Source of the DNA: Malacoraja senta
Taxonomy: Eukaryota
Direction: 5' to 3'
Length of the DNA stretch: 64,000 bases
Assembly: GCA_038087875.1 (NCBI GenBank)
Contig: CM075990.1
Span: 8,992,001-9,056,000 of the forward strand
Shown here one piece after another: positions 35,703-50,240 of the stretch. The position numbers and the translations under genes were made by a program. The notes below the pieces were generated by a model. That model did not search any database. It was not told where the DNA came from and saw only the letters and a program-made list of their open reading frames with translations. The stretch's first letter is position 1. Every line of letters starts with the position of its first letter.

Positions 35703-36723
35703 ATGCAAGCCTAACATTTATGCATTACCACTCTGGAGTACTTACAAACATCACCCAAATGTTGTGCACATGTATTTCAAATTACTTCATTGCACTCCAA
35801 ATCTTTATTCCTACATTAAAAAAACATTTGGGAAAGTAGGCGTAATGGATCTCAGTGCAACAAAAAGGGCTTGTTATATTTACAGACACATTTAGATTTA
35901 TGTAATTTAAGCTGATAAATTGCTAAGAATGAGGGATGATGCATCAAGCTAACTGTGTTATTATATCATTGGGTACCCTATCAATATTGTACATTTCTAA
36001 AGTATACTTACTAACCCCGCAGTGATTGTGGTTCCTACTTCGTGGTAAATTACAACTAGGTCTCTGAAAGTTCAATCTCTATATCTATTGTGGAAATAAT
36101 GCACTGAGGAATTGCCAAATGTCATGGTCGATGCTTTATGGAGAATCAGGACATTTCTGTAATGCCACCTGTGGGACTCCTGTTCAGACTCTCTCCCCCT
36201 GAAGACACTGATCATATTCGGCAAGAGCCATGCAAGACAAGATGTTACAGTCAATGGACAAGTGCTCAAGTTCATAATGTATCACATGTGCTTTGTAAGA
36301 CAAACATGTAAAGAATTATCTGCAGGTAAACTGGTCGTCAATGTTCATTAAATAAAGTTACCAGCTCCCCATATCTATCTATCTTTCTCTCACTCTCTCT
36401 CTCTCTCTCACACACACACAAAACACATAAACACACACAGATAGGCAAACAGACATATACACAAAATGATCAAATGTTCCTGTTTCATTCTGAGTCTACA
36501 ACATTTCATCTGATTCTCTGATTCCTGTAATATTACATTATCCGGTGATCAGATCTATCACAGTTGGAGGGATAATGAACAATTTTCCCTCAGGAATATG
36601 GACAATCAGTTACTGTAAGCTTAATAATCCTTAACATCCAGCAGTGGATAAAACCTACAGTACTGCACTCCAGCCACGCATGATCACAATTATTGATTAT
36701 TTTCCCTTGGCATTAACCAATAT

Positions 36724-37028
36724 GTTTAGTTCAGTTTAGAGATACAGCACGGAAACAGGCCCTTCAGCCCACTGGGTCCGTGCCAACCAGCGATCCCCGC
36801 ACATTAACACTATCCTACACACACTAGGGACAATTTATATTTATACCAAGCCAAGTAACCTACAAACCTGCACACCTTTGGAGTGTGGGAGGAAACCGAA
36901 GATCTCAGCGAAAACCCATCCAGTCACTGGGAGAATGTAAAAACTCCTTACAGACAGCACCCATAGTCGGGATCGAACCCGGGTCTCTGGTACTGTGAGC
37001 TCTACCAGTGGTGCCACTGTGCCACCCT
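36724..37028 (-). mobile_element. HE1/V-SINE-type SINE
   Basis: Reverse complement of the consensus. Confidence 0.86.
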
Positions 37029-37690
37029 TGTCTCATCAATACCTTGCCCATGTCTTGCCTCATCTGTGAGGTCTTGGTGAGCTTACAAATATTTTTAGGC
37101 ACCAATTTATCCACCGTTTATAATAGAAACTGAACCCAGAAGTTTTTCTCTCCCTGACGTTTAACCCATATTTCAAGACCAGTTAATATTAGGGTTGTAT
37201 GATACTAGTGGCAGGTGCCTGTTGCTGTAACTATTCAATCAGGAATAAATACTGGTTTATACAGCATACATAGCATGGAAAGATGTCTCCATGCAATTCA
37301 TCCAGCTTCCATCTCTAAGAGCACAAGTCAATCTTGTGTTTTCCCTTTGGACGTCAATGGGTTTACAGGCAGCTGTCAAGTTCATTAAAAATCTCAGATT
37401 GTTCACAATGGATCAATACAGCGATGAATCTGCGTTACCCTGCTGGCTTCTCTCTCTAGGTGCTCTTTGAGATACCTGAAGGACATTGTTCACGGAAACT
37501 GCTGAGAGTAGATTTTGTCTTGAGCACTGGGTTTATTATGTAGGAGCACTGCACCAACCAAGAGCTCGAAGCGAAATGTAAATAATTCCTGAAGTGGGCT
37601 TCACCTTGACTGCTGCAAATAAAAATTCATTTCTAGTCTTATTTTGGAGTTGGGTCAAGACTTGTTCTAACCATCTTCCCTTAACTCTAA

Positions 37691-38742
37691 AGGACGGCAC
37701 AATGGCGCAGCGATAGAGTTGTTGCCTTACAGCGCTTACAGCGCCAGAGACCCGGGTTCGATCCTGGCTACCGGTGCTTGTCTCTATGGAGTTGTACGTT
37801 CTCCCAGTGACCCCCGTGGGTTTTCTCCGAGAACTTTGGTTCAAGGTTTCAAGGTCAGTTTATTGTCACATGTACCAATTAAGGTACAGTGAAATTCGAA
37901 TTACCATACAGCTGTACTAGAAAAAAAGCAACAAGACACAAAACAACATCAAAGTTAACATAAACATCCACCACAGCGGATTCCCCACATTCCTCACTGT
38001 GATGGAAGGCAATAAGGTCCAATCTCCTTCCTCTTTATTCTCCCATGGTCAGGGCAGTCAAACCATCCGCAGTCAGGGGGATCGAAGCCCCCGCAGCCGG
38101 CAGTCAAAGCCCCCGTGTTGGGGCGATCAAAACTCCCACGTCGGGGCGGTCGAAACTCCTGCGGCTGGGAGTTCCCGAACCAGAGCCCGCGGTCTCTGGT
38201 TAGAGACCGCGGGCTCCGCGATGTTAGAGACCGCCGGCACCCACGGTTGGAGACCCAAAGTCGACCCCCGACAATGATTGCAAACTCCGTGATGGTAAGT
38301 CCACAGGCTCCCGCCATGGAGCGTCCGGTCGATCTCCAGCAAAGGCCGCCAACACCACGATGTTAGGCCGCAGTGCGGACGGAGATACGATACGGAAAAA
38401 TGGCATCTCCATCGAGGTAAGGGATTAGAAAAACTTTCCCCCAACCACCCCACCCCCCACATACACTAAAGAACACACAAAAAGCCACATTTAACATAGA
38501 AAAAAAACACAAAGAAGGAAAGGACAGACAGATTGTTGGCGAGGCAGCCATTGCTTGCGTCACCCGGTTCCTCCCACATCAAAGACGTACACGTTTGTAG
38601 GTTAATTAGTTTGGAATAAATGTTTTTTTTATTGTCCCCTAGTGTAGGATAATGTTAACGTGCGGGGATCGCTGGTCGGTGCAGACCCGGTGGGCCGAAG
38701 GGCCTGTTTGCGTGCAATATCTCTAAATTAAGCTAAACTAGA
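37691..38742 (+). mobile_element. HE1/V-SINE-type SINE split by the 37844-38565 insertion
   Basis: 5' half 37691-37843 and 3' half 38566-38742 are collinear with the consensus. Confidence 0.84.
37844..38565 (-). mobile_element. GC-rich non-autonomous element with Rex1-like 3' end, inserted into a V-SINE
   Basis: The host SINE breaks at ...gaactttggtt and resumes at ggttcctcccaca. Closely similar to 50241-50592 and 6686-6990. Confidence 0.72.
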
Positions 38743-39091
38743 CTGCAGCCCAAGTGATCATTCAGAATTTCACATATCCTACACTCCAGGATCGGTACAT
38801 AACATCATAACCAACAACGAACGAACAGTGGAACATGACTAGAAAGCTGATGAGTATTTAGAGTCTAGATCAAATGAGGACAAGAGACAGAAACGAGTTA
38901 TCGGTCAGTTAATATGCCAAGCAGGACACAGGGTGACGATGATCTGTGATCAAAATCCATGCACACACACGTTACTCCCCTCCTTCATACCTTTGATTTA
39001 ACAGAAATGTCCTAATCTCAAATCTGAAATGTAAAAGTGATTCAGTATCAAAAGCCATTTTTAGAACAAGTTTCCAGATTTCTGTATTGAG

Positions 39092-39403
39092 TTTTTAGTT
39101 TTAGTTTTAGAGTAGAGTGTGGAAACAGGCCCTTCGGCCCACCGAGTCCGCGCCGACCAGCGATCCCCACACATTAACACTATCCTACACACACTAGGGA
39201 CAATTTACATTTTTAAACCAAGCTTATTAATCTACAAACCTGCATGTCTTTGGAGTGTGGGAGGAAACCGGTTACCGCCCGGAGAAAACCCTTGCAGGTC
39301 ATGGGGAGAACACACAAACACCGTACAGACAGCACCCGTAGTCAGGATCGAACCCTGGTCTCTGGTGCTGTAAGGCAGCAACTCTACTACTGTGCCACTG
39401 TGC
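39092..39403 (-). mobile_element. HE1/V-SINE-type SINE
   Basis: Reverse complement of the consensus. Confidence 0.86.
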
Positions 39404-41043
39404 ATGTGGAAGGCCTTCCTCTTTTCATTCCTGTAATCATCCCTTAATGTTTAGGCTGTACCTGCTAGTTCTAGACTCCCCATATAGAAGAGAGAGTTTT
39501 GCTCCATTGATTTGACCAGAACAGAGAAGAATTAGGTAGGGTTGACTGAGGCACATAATATTAGGAGAGGTGAAGAATAAGTGAACAGGAATGACCTATT
39601 CCCCTTGCCAGAGAGGGCAAAGTTAGGAGACATCAACATAACATGATTGGGAGAAGGATTAAAGGGGAGGTGATTAGAATTTCTTCACTGAATGCATTGT
39701 GGGGATTCAGAATTTATAATCTAAGAGGCAATAACTCTCGCTATATTTCAAAAATACCTTGTTGATATAAACCTAAAAAGCCTCAAACCTAAAGGTCTTT
39801 GGATAGAAACCTGAGAAATAAAATTAACGGTATATTTTCTGCTAACATGGACACTATGAATTGGTTTGGCCTCCTTGCCAGCAGTCAATTTTTATGAGTG
39901 TGTGTATATGTTTTTTATCGTTTGTTGATTTGATATTCTATGTCAGTCTCTATTACTTCTTGCAGTTTTATTATCTGATTCAACATCATCCACTGTTCTA
40001 TGCATCTTTTCCAATCGCCTGGATCCATACTGGCTTTTTCTTCAAGATTGCTTTTATATGGGTATATGGGATTAGCTGCCAGAGGAGGTCGTTTGGCAAG
40101 TCCTATACCAACATTCACACTTGGGCAGGTACATGGATAGGAGAGGTTTGGAGGGATATGGACCAAATGCAGGCAAATGGGAGCAACTTAGATGGAGCAC
40201 ATTGGACGGCATGGATGAGTAGGGCTGAAGGGCCTGTCTCTGTGCTGTATTATTCCATTTGTCCCTTTACCTCCTCAGTATTCCTAGGTAACTAGAGCTC
40301 CTACTCCTCTGCATCAGAGTCGAATCTATTCTCCCACCATTTTACGGTGACTTTGCCCATTAGTAGACTTGACTAGTTTGCCTTGTTCAATCTCTGACTC
40401 CGCCTTTGTCTCCTCAGTCTGCCTTTGTGGGGGTTTTTTGGGAGCCTAAAGTCTGAGTGATATTAATAACAGAAAATTGGAGATGAATTTGCTTTAATTT
40501 TAAACGAGCAGCAGACTAGTGATGACCTCACATTGTTGACAGGAAATGAAAGCTATCGAACATTCCCCCAGTTGCCTTTGCTTGCTGAATAATAATTATA
40601 TCCACGTTTATAGATACCTTTTCTACAAGAGTGGAACATTTCAGATATTCTTCAAAACTCACTCTAGGCAGCACCTCAGACCTTAGATCACTGGAACCAA
40701 TATTCATGTATTTCAAAAGTCAGAAAATCGCCAAAAATATGCATGTGGAACACATAACTAAATAATAATTTTACACTCATAATTTTGATCACTTCTCATT
40801 ATCATTATAATTTACAGTGTTTATTTATGTAGTCTGAGTCAAGGTGACTGTGGTGCTGCTGCAAGCAAGATTTTTCATTGAAGGAAAACCTTACAGTGTT
40901 CATGCATATGACAATATACTCAACTTGTCTTGACTAAATCTAACTAAATCTTGCCTTAATCATGTATTGTATTTCCGCTAACTGGCTAGCATGCAACAAA
41001 AGCTTATCGCTGTACCTCGGTACATGTGACACTGAACGAAAAT

Positions 41044-41362
41044 CCACGGTGGTGCAGCGGTAGAGTTACTGCCTTACAGCACTTACAGTGCCAGTGATCC
41101 GGGTTTGATCCTGGCTACAGATGCTTGTTCGTACGCTGTTTGTACGTTCTCCCCATGTCCGCGTGGGTTTTCTCCGAGAACTTCGATTTCCTCCCACGCT
41201 CCAAAGACATCCAGGTTTGTACGTTAATTGGCTTTGGTATATTGTCCCTAGTGTAGGATAGTGTTAATGCGCGGGGATCGTTGTTCGGTGCGGACTCGGT
41301 GGGCTGAAGGGCCTGTTTCCGCACTGTATCTCTAAACTAAACTAAATTGAATAAACTAAACT
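41044..41362 (+). mobile_element. HE1/V-SINE-type SINE
   Basis: Same consensus. Confidence 0.86.
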
Positions 41363-43167
41363 GATATCTGTTTCTCTTGTAAACTCAGTTTGGTCTTCTT
41401 CGCAACTTGCTTACCCACCTAGTATAGTCAGCCAATCGCTCAAGCCACAAACTGATTCACCCTCCCGACTGCCTTATCTTCACTGCAGAGAGCCCATCCC
41501 TTTGAGGTCGAAGTCTGACTTGCAGCCAATCTGTCTCTGTCAATCTGTCCCTATCAGTTTACTCCCTAGCTTCTGTGTGCTCTCCACTCTCACTTACATG
41601 ACCTTGAGAGGCAAAATCTGCATTGTCACCCTTATCTCTACACTGCAAAATCTTCCTTGCAGTTTCCCAAGTCTCAGGACTACCTGGCCGCGAGGAACAT
41701 AAATTACGTTTAAACTTTACTGTCAGATTCACTTTTATCTTGTTGCAGTTCAATGGAACATGCAATCACCGATCTACAATTTTAAGTTACATTTCATGTC
41801 GCTCTGCACACCTGGATTTAGTTTTCTTTGTCCTCTTCCCTCACCCTCACCATCCATTTGATTGTATGATCTTTATCCGGTTTGTTAGCTGTGTCCATGA
41901 ATTGGCCCTGAAAAACAGGCACAAACACAAAATGCTGGAGTAACTCAGTGGAAATAAGAAATCGGAACATGAGTATAACCTACGGCCATTCAAGAAGTTC
42001 TTAGCTCAGTTTGCTTGCATAACCTTGTAAACGGTGATGTCTCGATGGTACAAAAACCCTTCCATCTCAGCCTTGGATGAGTGGCATGGTGATCCAGCAG
42101 TTAGTGCTGCTGTGTTAGAGCTTCAGGGACCCAGGTTTGACTGTGACCTTGTGTTGTCTCTGGGGAGTTTGCATTTCTCACTGTACTCACATTGGTTTCC
42201 ATTGTATGCTCCAGTTTCCTTTCACATCTCAAAATATGTCTTGGTAAGCTAACTGGCACTGCAAATTACCCCTTAATGTGGGTTAGCGGTCAAAAGAATC
42301 AAAGGGGATTCAAAAGGCATGTGTGAAAGAAAATAAGTTGCAGGGAAATACAGAGAGGGGGAATGGACTGTTCCCCGTGAGCTAGTACATTCTTGATGGG
42401 CTGAACAGCCTCCTATGTTATATAAATAATGTACAAATATATTCAATGACCCTGCATCCACAGAGGTTTGATATTTAACTTGTTCTGTAGCTCTTTGGAA
42501 ACATTCCTGTTTGCTGTTATAATTCCGTGATTTGATTGAGTGAATCAGCCCCTTCAGCCCACCACCTCACCGGCAACCTTTTTGCCCGTTTACACTAATC
42601 TTGTTGACTGTCGGACCACAGGAGCTCAGGGAAAGAATGTTAAAGCCCACTAAAGTCATGACATTTAATTAGCCTAGTTCACAGCCTATTTAAAAAATCT
42701 ATTAAACAGCCCTTGGTTTCTCTGCGTTTCTTCTATTGCGCTGTAAAAGCTTTGTGCATCTAGTCCAGGAAATTCTGTGCTCAAAGGACAGCAGCAAGTT
42801 CTGGGTTAAAACTAAATCACTGACAGTCTAGTACATTTAGGACGCCGACAGTGGATCAGCAGATTTTCCAGACCATATTGATGACCCAACACGTTGTTAG
42901 TGCAGTTTTGCTAAATGTTATACAACACCATAATAAATTTACCCATTATAGAGAATCTGGGAAACAGGACTCTGGTAGTCGATTAGGAGTTCAGGAACCA
43001 GGGCTCCGAAGAGGTCATTGGGAGAACTGGGAGCATTGGGAGCATTGGGCGAACTGGGTTGGGGAATTGGGCCCGAGTGGATGGAATGGGAGCACGGAGA
43101 ATTGGACTCTAGCGGGTTGAATGAAGGAGCGGGAACCAAGACCCTTACAAGTCCTGCGGACAAGAGA

Positions 43168-43466
43168 GGCGGCACAGTGGCGCAACAGTAGAGTTGCTGC
43201 CTTACAGCGCCAGAGACACGGGTTTGATCCTGACTACGGGTGCTGGCTGTATGGAGTTTGTACGTTCTCCCTGTGACCGCATGGATTCTCTCCGGGTGCT
43301 GCGGTTTCCTCCCACACTCCAATGATGTACAGGTTTGTAGGGTAATTGGCTTTGGTAAATTGTAAATTGTCCCTAGTGTGTAGGATAATGCTAGTGTACG
43401 AGGTGATCGGTGGACTCGGTGAGCCGAAGGGACTGTTACCGCGCGGTATCTCTAAAGTCTAAAGTC
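43168..43466 (+). mobile_element. HE1/V-SINE-type SINE
   Basis: Same consensus. Confidence 0.86.
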
Positions 43467-44846
43467 AGAGGGACTTTACCTGGGGAACAGGTGGTGAAAG
43501 ATAGGATTTCCGAGCAATCAAGACAGGATTGTCAGAGTTTTACTGTAGTCTATGCATTTGAGTGGCAAAGTTACTGCTGTGCTTACTCCTTCAACCATAC
43601 AGGAGGTTATTTGCTGGCCATTGGTTTACTCTGCTTGAATTTATTATAAGACTCAAAAGATCTTTGATAAATCCTCAAATAAAATTACGGATCACGGCTA
43701 TAAAAACCTCTTGCAGCGTTCTGCTGTGGTATAAAAGATTTGAGAGTTACTTCACACAAAGCAAAGTAGGTCTTCCTTCCCGTCCAAAGGTGTTTGAAAT
43801 CTGGCAGGCCATCAGGAACAGAGAGGGGCTGCTGTGAAGAACACGTTCAGGCTCTTGAAGCTTCAGTTTGGGACTGATTTCCATTTTCCGCTGTGTCTCC
43901 TGTGGAGTTACATCATTAAATCGGGATTAGATCCCAGGTACAATGTGTGCAGCAAAAAATGCCAAGATCATTTGCCCAGAGAAGGACCTGAATCAACTGT
44001 CGGACCAAATGCAGAAGAAACAATTCAATTGGAAAAAAAAAACTTGGGATTGAAGCAGATTGCATCAGTTGCTCATTAGTCATCTCAAATGTTTTCAATA
44101 ACTTTAAGCGGGAATTAATACTCAGTGTGATCTGGGCAACTAAACCAGAAGATGGGCAACAGAATACAGGGATTATAAGAGACAGTACAATACGATACAA
44201 CTTTATTTATCCCAGAGAGAAATTGGTCAATTGTATTGGTCAAGTTATATCAAGTGTACAAACCAGAGAGAGGCCACTCAGATGTAATGGTCAGATAGAG
44301 TGCTGATCAAATAGGCTGCTTTGTCTTGTCCTGGGATTCAGAGAGAATGAACAAGATAGAATATCCCATCCTACCCCTTCACCATTTTCTATCCTTTGCC
44401 CCCTCATGTTGTTTGTCCAAGTTCCCCTTAAATGATTCCATCTATTCATATCAACCACACTCTGCATCAGTGTGCTTTTCAGTCAAAGCACACACTACAA
44501 TTCTCCTGAATTCTCCATTAGGTTTATTAGTGACTGTTTGATAAATATGCCTCCCGGTTCAATCTCTCCCACACACGCCGAGACATTCTGTGCGATTGAA
44601 TTCTTATTAAAAACCCAGTTGCTCAGTCCAGTCAGGTACGTTGCCTCCAGCAATGCTCGTCCAGAGATGTGATAGGCCAGCGTGTGGTGCAGCTGGTAGG
44701 TTGTGATCCAACTACCAGCGGATCATCTCCAAGCTCCGCCACCCTGCCCCAAAACATTGCAAACGGCAGTGGTTAATTAAACGACAAACAAGAGAAGGAG
44801 CCTCCATGAAGGTCTGATCTCCAGTAATGATGCAGTCAGCCGCGTG

Positions 44847-47800
44847 TCATAGAATCATAGAATCATAGAAAGTAGGTGCGAGAGCAGACCACCAGGTCCA
44901 TCGAGCCCGCACCGCCATTCGCTCATGGCTGAACACCAAACAAACAAACACCCCCACCCACAAACAGTAGACACAAGACACAGAACACAAGACACTACCC
45001 TCCCCTTTATAGCGCTATCACCCCTCTCCACCCCAAGAACCGAGTGATCTCCTGGGGGAGGCAAAAAAACGGATAAAAACCCAGGTCCAATTCGGGAAAA
45101 AAATCCGGGAAATTCCTCTCCGACCCCAATCCAGGCGATCGACACTTGTCCAGGAGATCACTCAGGTCTTACTATACTAACCCTACCTAGGTCCATATCC
45201 CTGCCCTCTCCCCGTAGCCCCTTATCCCCTTGGCAGCTAAAAAACCATCTATTTTAGACTTAAATATATTTAATGTTTCTGCTTCCACTGCTCCCTGGGG
45301 CAGTGAATTCCATAAATTAACCACCCTCTGGGTGAAGAAGTTCTTCCTCATCTCAGTTTTAAAAGAGCCCCCCCTTATTCTACAACTATGTCCCCTAGTT
45401 CTAGTTTCCCCGATCATTGGGAACATCCTCGGTGCATCCACCCGATCAAGGCCCCTCACGATCTTATATGTTTCAATGAGATCGCCTCTCATTCTTCTAA
45501 ACTCCAAAGAGTAGAGTTCCAGCCTACTTAACCTTTCCTCATATGTCAATCCCCTCATTGCAGGAATTAATCTTGTAAACCTACGCTGCACTGCCTCCAG
45601 GGCCAGTACATCCTTTCTTAAGTATGGACCCCAGAACTGTACACAGTATTCCAAATGTGGTCTCACTAATACTGTGTACAGCTGCAGCAAGACCTCCGTG
45701 TTTTTATACTCAATCCCCCTAGCAATAAAGGCCAAAACTCCATTGGCCTTCCTGATAGCTTGCTGCACCTGCATACTAACTTTTAGTGATTCATGTACTA
45801 CTACCCCTAGATCCCTTTGCGTTGCATTACAGCGCAGCTCCTCCTCATTTAGAAAATAACTTGCCCTATCATTTTTTTTCCCAAAGTGTATGACTTCACA
45901 TTTATTAGTATTAAATTTCATCTGCCAAGTTGTTGCCACTCACCTAGCTTATCTATATCCTTTTGCAGACTCTTCCTATCCTCCTCATCCCCTACTTTTC
46001 TTCCCATTTTTGTATCGTCCGCAAATTTTGATATATTACACTTGGTTCCCTCCTCCAAATCATTTATATAAATGGTGAACAACTGGGGTCCCAGCACCGA
46101 CCCTTGCGGAACCCCGCTAGTTACCGGTTGCCATCCCGAATATGAACCATTTATCCCCACTCTCTGCTTCCTATTTGTTAGCCAATCCTCTACCCATGCT
46201 AATATATTACCCCCAATCCCATAATTTTTTATTTTTAGCAATAGTCTCTTATGTGGCACCTTGTCAAAAGCCTTTTGGAAGTCCAAGTATACCACATCCA
46301 CCGGTTCCCCTTTATCCACCCGGGTTGTTACTTCCTCAAAGAATTCGAGCAGATTTGTTAAACAGGACTTCCCCTTCACAAAACCATGCTGGTTCTGTCC
46401 GATGAAGTCATGTCTATCCAAGTGCCCCGTTAGTGTTTCTTTAATAATTGTCTCTAACATTTTACCCACCACCGATGTTAGACTAACCGGTCTATAGTTA
46501 CCCGCCTTCTGTTTACTTCCTTTTTTAAATATAGGTGTTACATTGGCCAATTTCCAATCCACTGGGACCGTTCCTGCCTCCAGGGAGTTTTGGAAAATTA
46601 TCACCAATGCATCCACAATCCCCACCGCTATCTCCCTCAAAACCCTTGGATGTAATCCATCAGGCCCAGGGGATTTATCCTCCTTCAGTCTCATTAATTT
46701 CCCCAACACCACCTCCTTGGTGATCTTAATAGTATTTAGCTCCTCCATTCCTACCTCCCCCTGTTTATCCAGCGTTGGAATATTTTTTGTGTCTTCTATG
46801 GTGAAGACTGATACAAAATACTCGTTTAATGCCTTTGCCATTTCCATGTTCCCCACCAACAACTCTCCAGTCTCACCCTCCAATGGACCAACGTTCACCT
46901 TAGCCACCCTTTTTCTTTTTATATAGCTATAAAAACTCTTACTATTAGTTTTTATGTTGTTCGCTAAATTCCTTTCATAGTCTATTTTCCCCGTCTTAAT
47001 TAATCTCTTAGTTATTTTTTGCTGACCTTTAAATGCTTCCCAATCCTCTACCCTCCCACTATCTCTGGCTACCTTATATGCCCTTGCCTTCAGCCGAATA
47101 CTATCCTTTATAGTTTTACTGAGCCATGGCTGACTGTTCTTACCCTTACCCCTTTTTTTCTTCATAGGAATACATTTTTCTTGAAGGTTATACAGTAGAT
47201 CCTTAAACGTACACCACTGCTCATGTACCGTCTTATTCTTGAGTCTGCTATCCCAGTCAACTTTGATCAGCTCAGTCCTCATACCTTCATAATCCCCCTT
47301 ATTTAGACTAAGTACCCTAGCCTGAGTTTCAACCTGCTCCCCTTCTATTTGAATATGGAATTCGACCATATTGTGGTCACTTGTTCCCAACGAGTCCCTA
47401 ACTATGACATTTTTAATTAATCCTGCTTCATTACACAGGACCAGATCCAAGATTGCCTCCCCCCTTGTCGGTTCTGTGACATACTGTTCTAGGAACCCGT
47501 CTCTAATACATTCTATAAACTCTTCTTCTAGTTTACCCTGCCCAGTTTGGTTTGCCCAATTAATATGAAAATTGAAGTCCCCCATGATTACAGCAGTTCC
47601 CTTTTTACATGCGTCAACTATTTGCAGATTTATGTTCTGACTAACAGCGTCACAGCTATTTGGAGGTCTATAAATTACACCCACTAGTGTTTTTTTCCCC
47701 TTGTTATTCTCTATCTGTACCCAAGCTGTTTCACTATCCTGATCCTTCAACGCAATATCCTTCCTCTCTATTGCCGTTATTCCCTCCCTTATTAAAAGGG

Positions 47801-47952
47801 CCACCCCTCCTCCCTTTCTTTCCTGTCTATTTTTTCTAATTGTCGAGTACCCCTCTATATTTAACTCCCAGTCCTGATCCCCTTGCAGCCATGTCTCCGT
47901 AATGGCCACGATATCATAACTATATATACTTAATTGCACCGTTAATTCATTC
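44847..47952 (-). mobile_element. CR1-clade LINE, 5'-truncated near the start of ORF2, with 3' UTR and (ATTCTATG)n tail
   Basis: APE endonuclease motifs (ITETWL, GDFN, LGTSDH) and RT motifs (SPGPDG, LDFQKAFD, GVPQGSVLGP, FADD). CR1 C-terminus (RGDLIETYK, FFTQRVVNLWNSLP). 8-bp terminal repeats at ~44847-44870. Confidence 0.95.
45187..47952 (-). pseudogene. CR1 ORF2 (APE + reverse transcriptase) broken by a single 1-bp frameshift near 45936
   Basis: 680-aa and 250-aa ORFs overlap. Adding one G in GAGTGG(G)CAACAACTTGG restores EWATTWQMKFN. Confidence 0.9.
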
Positions 47953-48219
47953 GAGAACAAGAGTGAAAAGCAGGGGAAATGCTCCTAACAGGCAGTGAAC
48001 CTGGTTGGACAATATTCAGAGGCCAGAACTGTTCACTGTAATCCATGTGATAGAGGGCACTATAATTCCAGTGGTTTACAGCTGGAAGCAGCGGGTAACT
48101 GGTCCAGTCCTGCCTTCTCCTGCAGCTCCCACTGTTGGGGTCCAGTACAGGTGGAGTACACAGCCACCCTGCTTAAAGTAGCACAAATTAAATCCAGTTA
48201 TTGCTGACACATTAGTCTA

Positions 48220-48495
48220 GTAGAACATAGAACAGTACATCACAGGAGTTGGCCCTTTGGCCCACCATGGTTGTGGCGAACATGATACCAAGTTAAACTG
48301 GTCTCATCTGGCTGCACATGATCCATGTCCCTCTATACCAATACCATATCTGCCTCCATCACCATCCCAGTCAATGCATTCCAGGCACCCACCACTCTCT
48401 GTGTAATAAACTCCCCCTGTATTTCTCCATTAATCTTTGACCCTCTCTCCTTATAGCTGTGCCCTCTAGTGTTGGAGTAAAGGCTCTGACTGTCT
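48220..48495 (-). mobile_element. Degenerate CR1 3' fragment
   Basis: agaacatagaacagtac tail and similarity to other CR1 3' ends in the window. Confidence 0.7.
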
Positions 48496-50240
48496 GGAGA
48501 CCGCTGATCTCCATACCCCTCCCCCTCACTGCTTCCTCTCCCAGTTTGACCCGGTCACCCCTACTGAAATCTCCAAACTCATCAGCTCTTCCAAACCCAC
48601 TACCTGCTCCCTTGACCCTCTCCCCACTCCCCTGCTGAAGTCCTGCCTCCCTGCTCTCTGCCCCTACCTCACTAATCTTTTCAACTCCTCATTGTCCCAA
48701 GGAATTGTCCCCTCTGCTTTCAAAACTGCAGCTGTCACACCAATCTTAAAGAAACCTGGTCTTGATCCCTCCTCTCTCATTAACTACCGCCCCATCTCAA
48801 ACCTCCCCTTTCTTTCAAAAACCCTGGAGCGCATCGTCGCGTCACAACTTCATTCCCACCTCCTCGCGTATAACCTATTCAAACCCCTCCAATCTGGCTT
48901 TTGCCCCCTCCATAGCACAGAAACTGCTCTCCTCAAAGTCCTCAATGACCTCCTTACCTCTGCTGACTCTGGCTCCCTCAATATCCTCATCCTCCTCGAC
49001 CCGAGTGCAGCCTTCGATACCGTCAACCACAACATCCTGCTCACCAGACTTAGGGACCTTGGCATTGAAGGTTCTGCACTCAGCTGGTTCCGTTCTTACC
49101 TTTCCAACCGATCCCACTTCATCTCTCTCCATAACCACACCTCTGCCACAGCCACTGTCACTCAAGGCGTTCCCCAAGGCTCCGTTCTTGGTCCCCTCCA
49201 CTTCATCATCTACATCCTCCCCCTTGGTCATATACTCCGTCACTTCAACCTGGACTTCCATTGCTATGCTGATGACACCCAGATCTATCTCAGCACCAAG
49301 TCCCCCCACCACCCCCCTCTCTCCCATATCAACTCCTGCCTATCAGCCATCAAATCTTGGATGCAACTCAACTTCCTTAAATTAAACAGTAGCCAAACAG
49401 AATTTCTCCTCATTGGCTCCAAATCAACACTCACTAAAATTAACAACCCCACTCTCACTATCGACGGCACCACTGTCTCCCCATCTCCTCAGGCACGCAA
49501 CCTTGGCGTGATCCTTGACTCAACCCTCTCCCTTGAGCCTCACATCCGCCATGTTGTCAAAACATCATTTTTTCACCTCCGCAACATTGCAAAAATCAGA
49601 TCGTCTCTCACACCCCCCACTGCTGAAAGACTCATCCATGCCTTCATCTCCTCCCGACTGGACTACTGTAACTCTCTTCTTTTCGAAATCAATTCCAGCA
49701 GCATCAACCGACTCCAACTGGTCCAAAATGCAGCCGCTCGACTCATTACCCACACCAAATCCTGGCACCACATCACCCCAGTTCTCAAAGAACTTCACTG
49801 GCTTCCCATTTCCCACCGGATCACCTACAAAATCCTGGTCCACACCTACAAAGCCCTCAACAACCTGGCCCCCCCTTATCTCATTGACCTCCTCTCCCCC
49901 TACCAACCCTCACGGTCCCTCAGATCCACATCAGCTGGTCTCCTCTCCACTCCGAAATCAAACCTCTGCACTTTTGGAGGCAGAGCCTTCTCCACGGCAG
50001 CTCCCAGGCTCTGGAATTTCCTCCCACAACCGGTCTGAAATTCTGAGTCCCTCACCATCTTCCAGTCCCGCCTCAAGACCCATCTCTTCACCTCTGCATA
50101 CCCTTAGTCCCATGTTCCCGTTCCCTCTGTCTTACTGCTCTATTTTGTTTTGTTTATTCCTGACTCTCAATTGTAAAGCGACTTTGAGTCCTGAAAAGCG
50201 CTATATAAATAAAATCTATTATTATTATTATTATTATTAC
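48496..50240 (+). mobile_element. L2-clade LINE, 5'-truncated (RT domain, C-terminus and (TAT)n tail)
   Basis: Open frame from ~48500 to 50038 with TCSLDPLPT, YRPISNLPFLSK, QSGF, SAAFDTV, GVPQGSVLGP, YADDTQIY, SRLDYCN and LHWLP. The L2-type 3' end tgtaaagcgactttgag...aaagcgctatataaat is followed by (TAT)n. C-rich strand bias. Confidence 0.93.

Noticed and set aside
39861..40295. 144-aa ORF
   Set aside because: Low-complexity 5' part fused to a CR1 3' tail, with a non-ATG start.
43016..43072. 9-bp repeat (CATTGGGAG/AACTGGGAG) encoding HWE/NWE repeats
   Set aside because: Short simple tandem repeat with no splice or coding support, although it could form a G-quadruplex.
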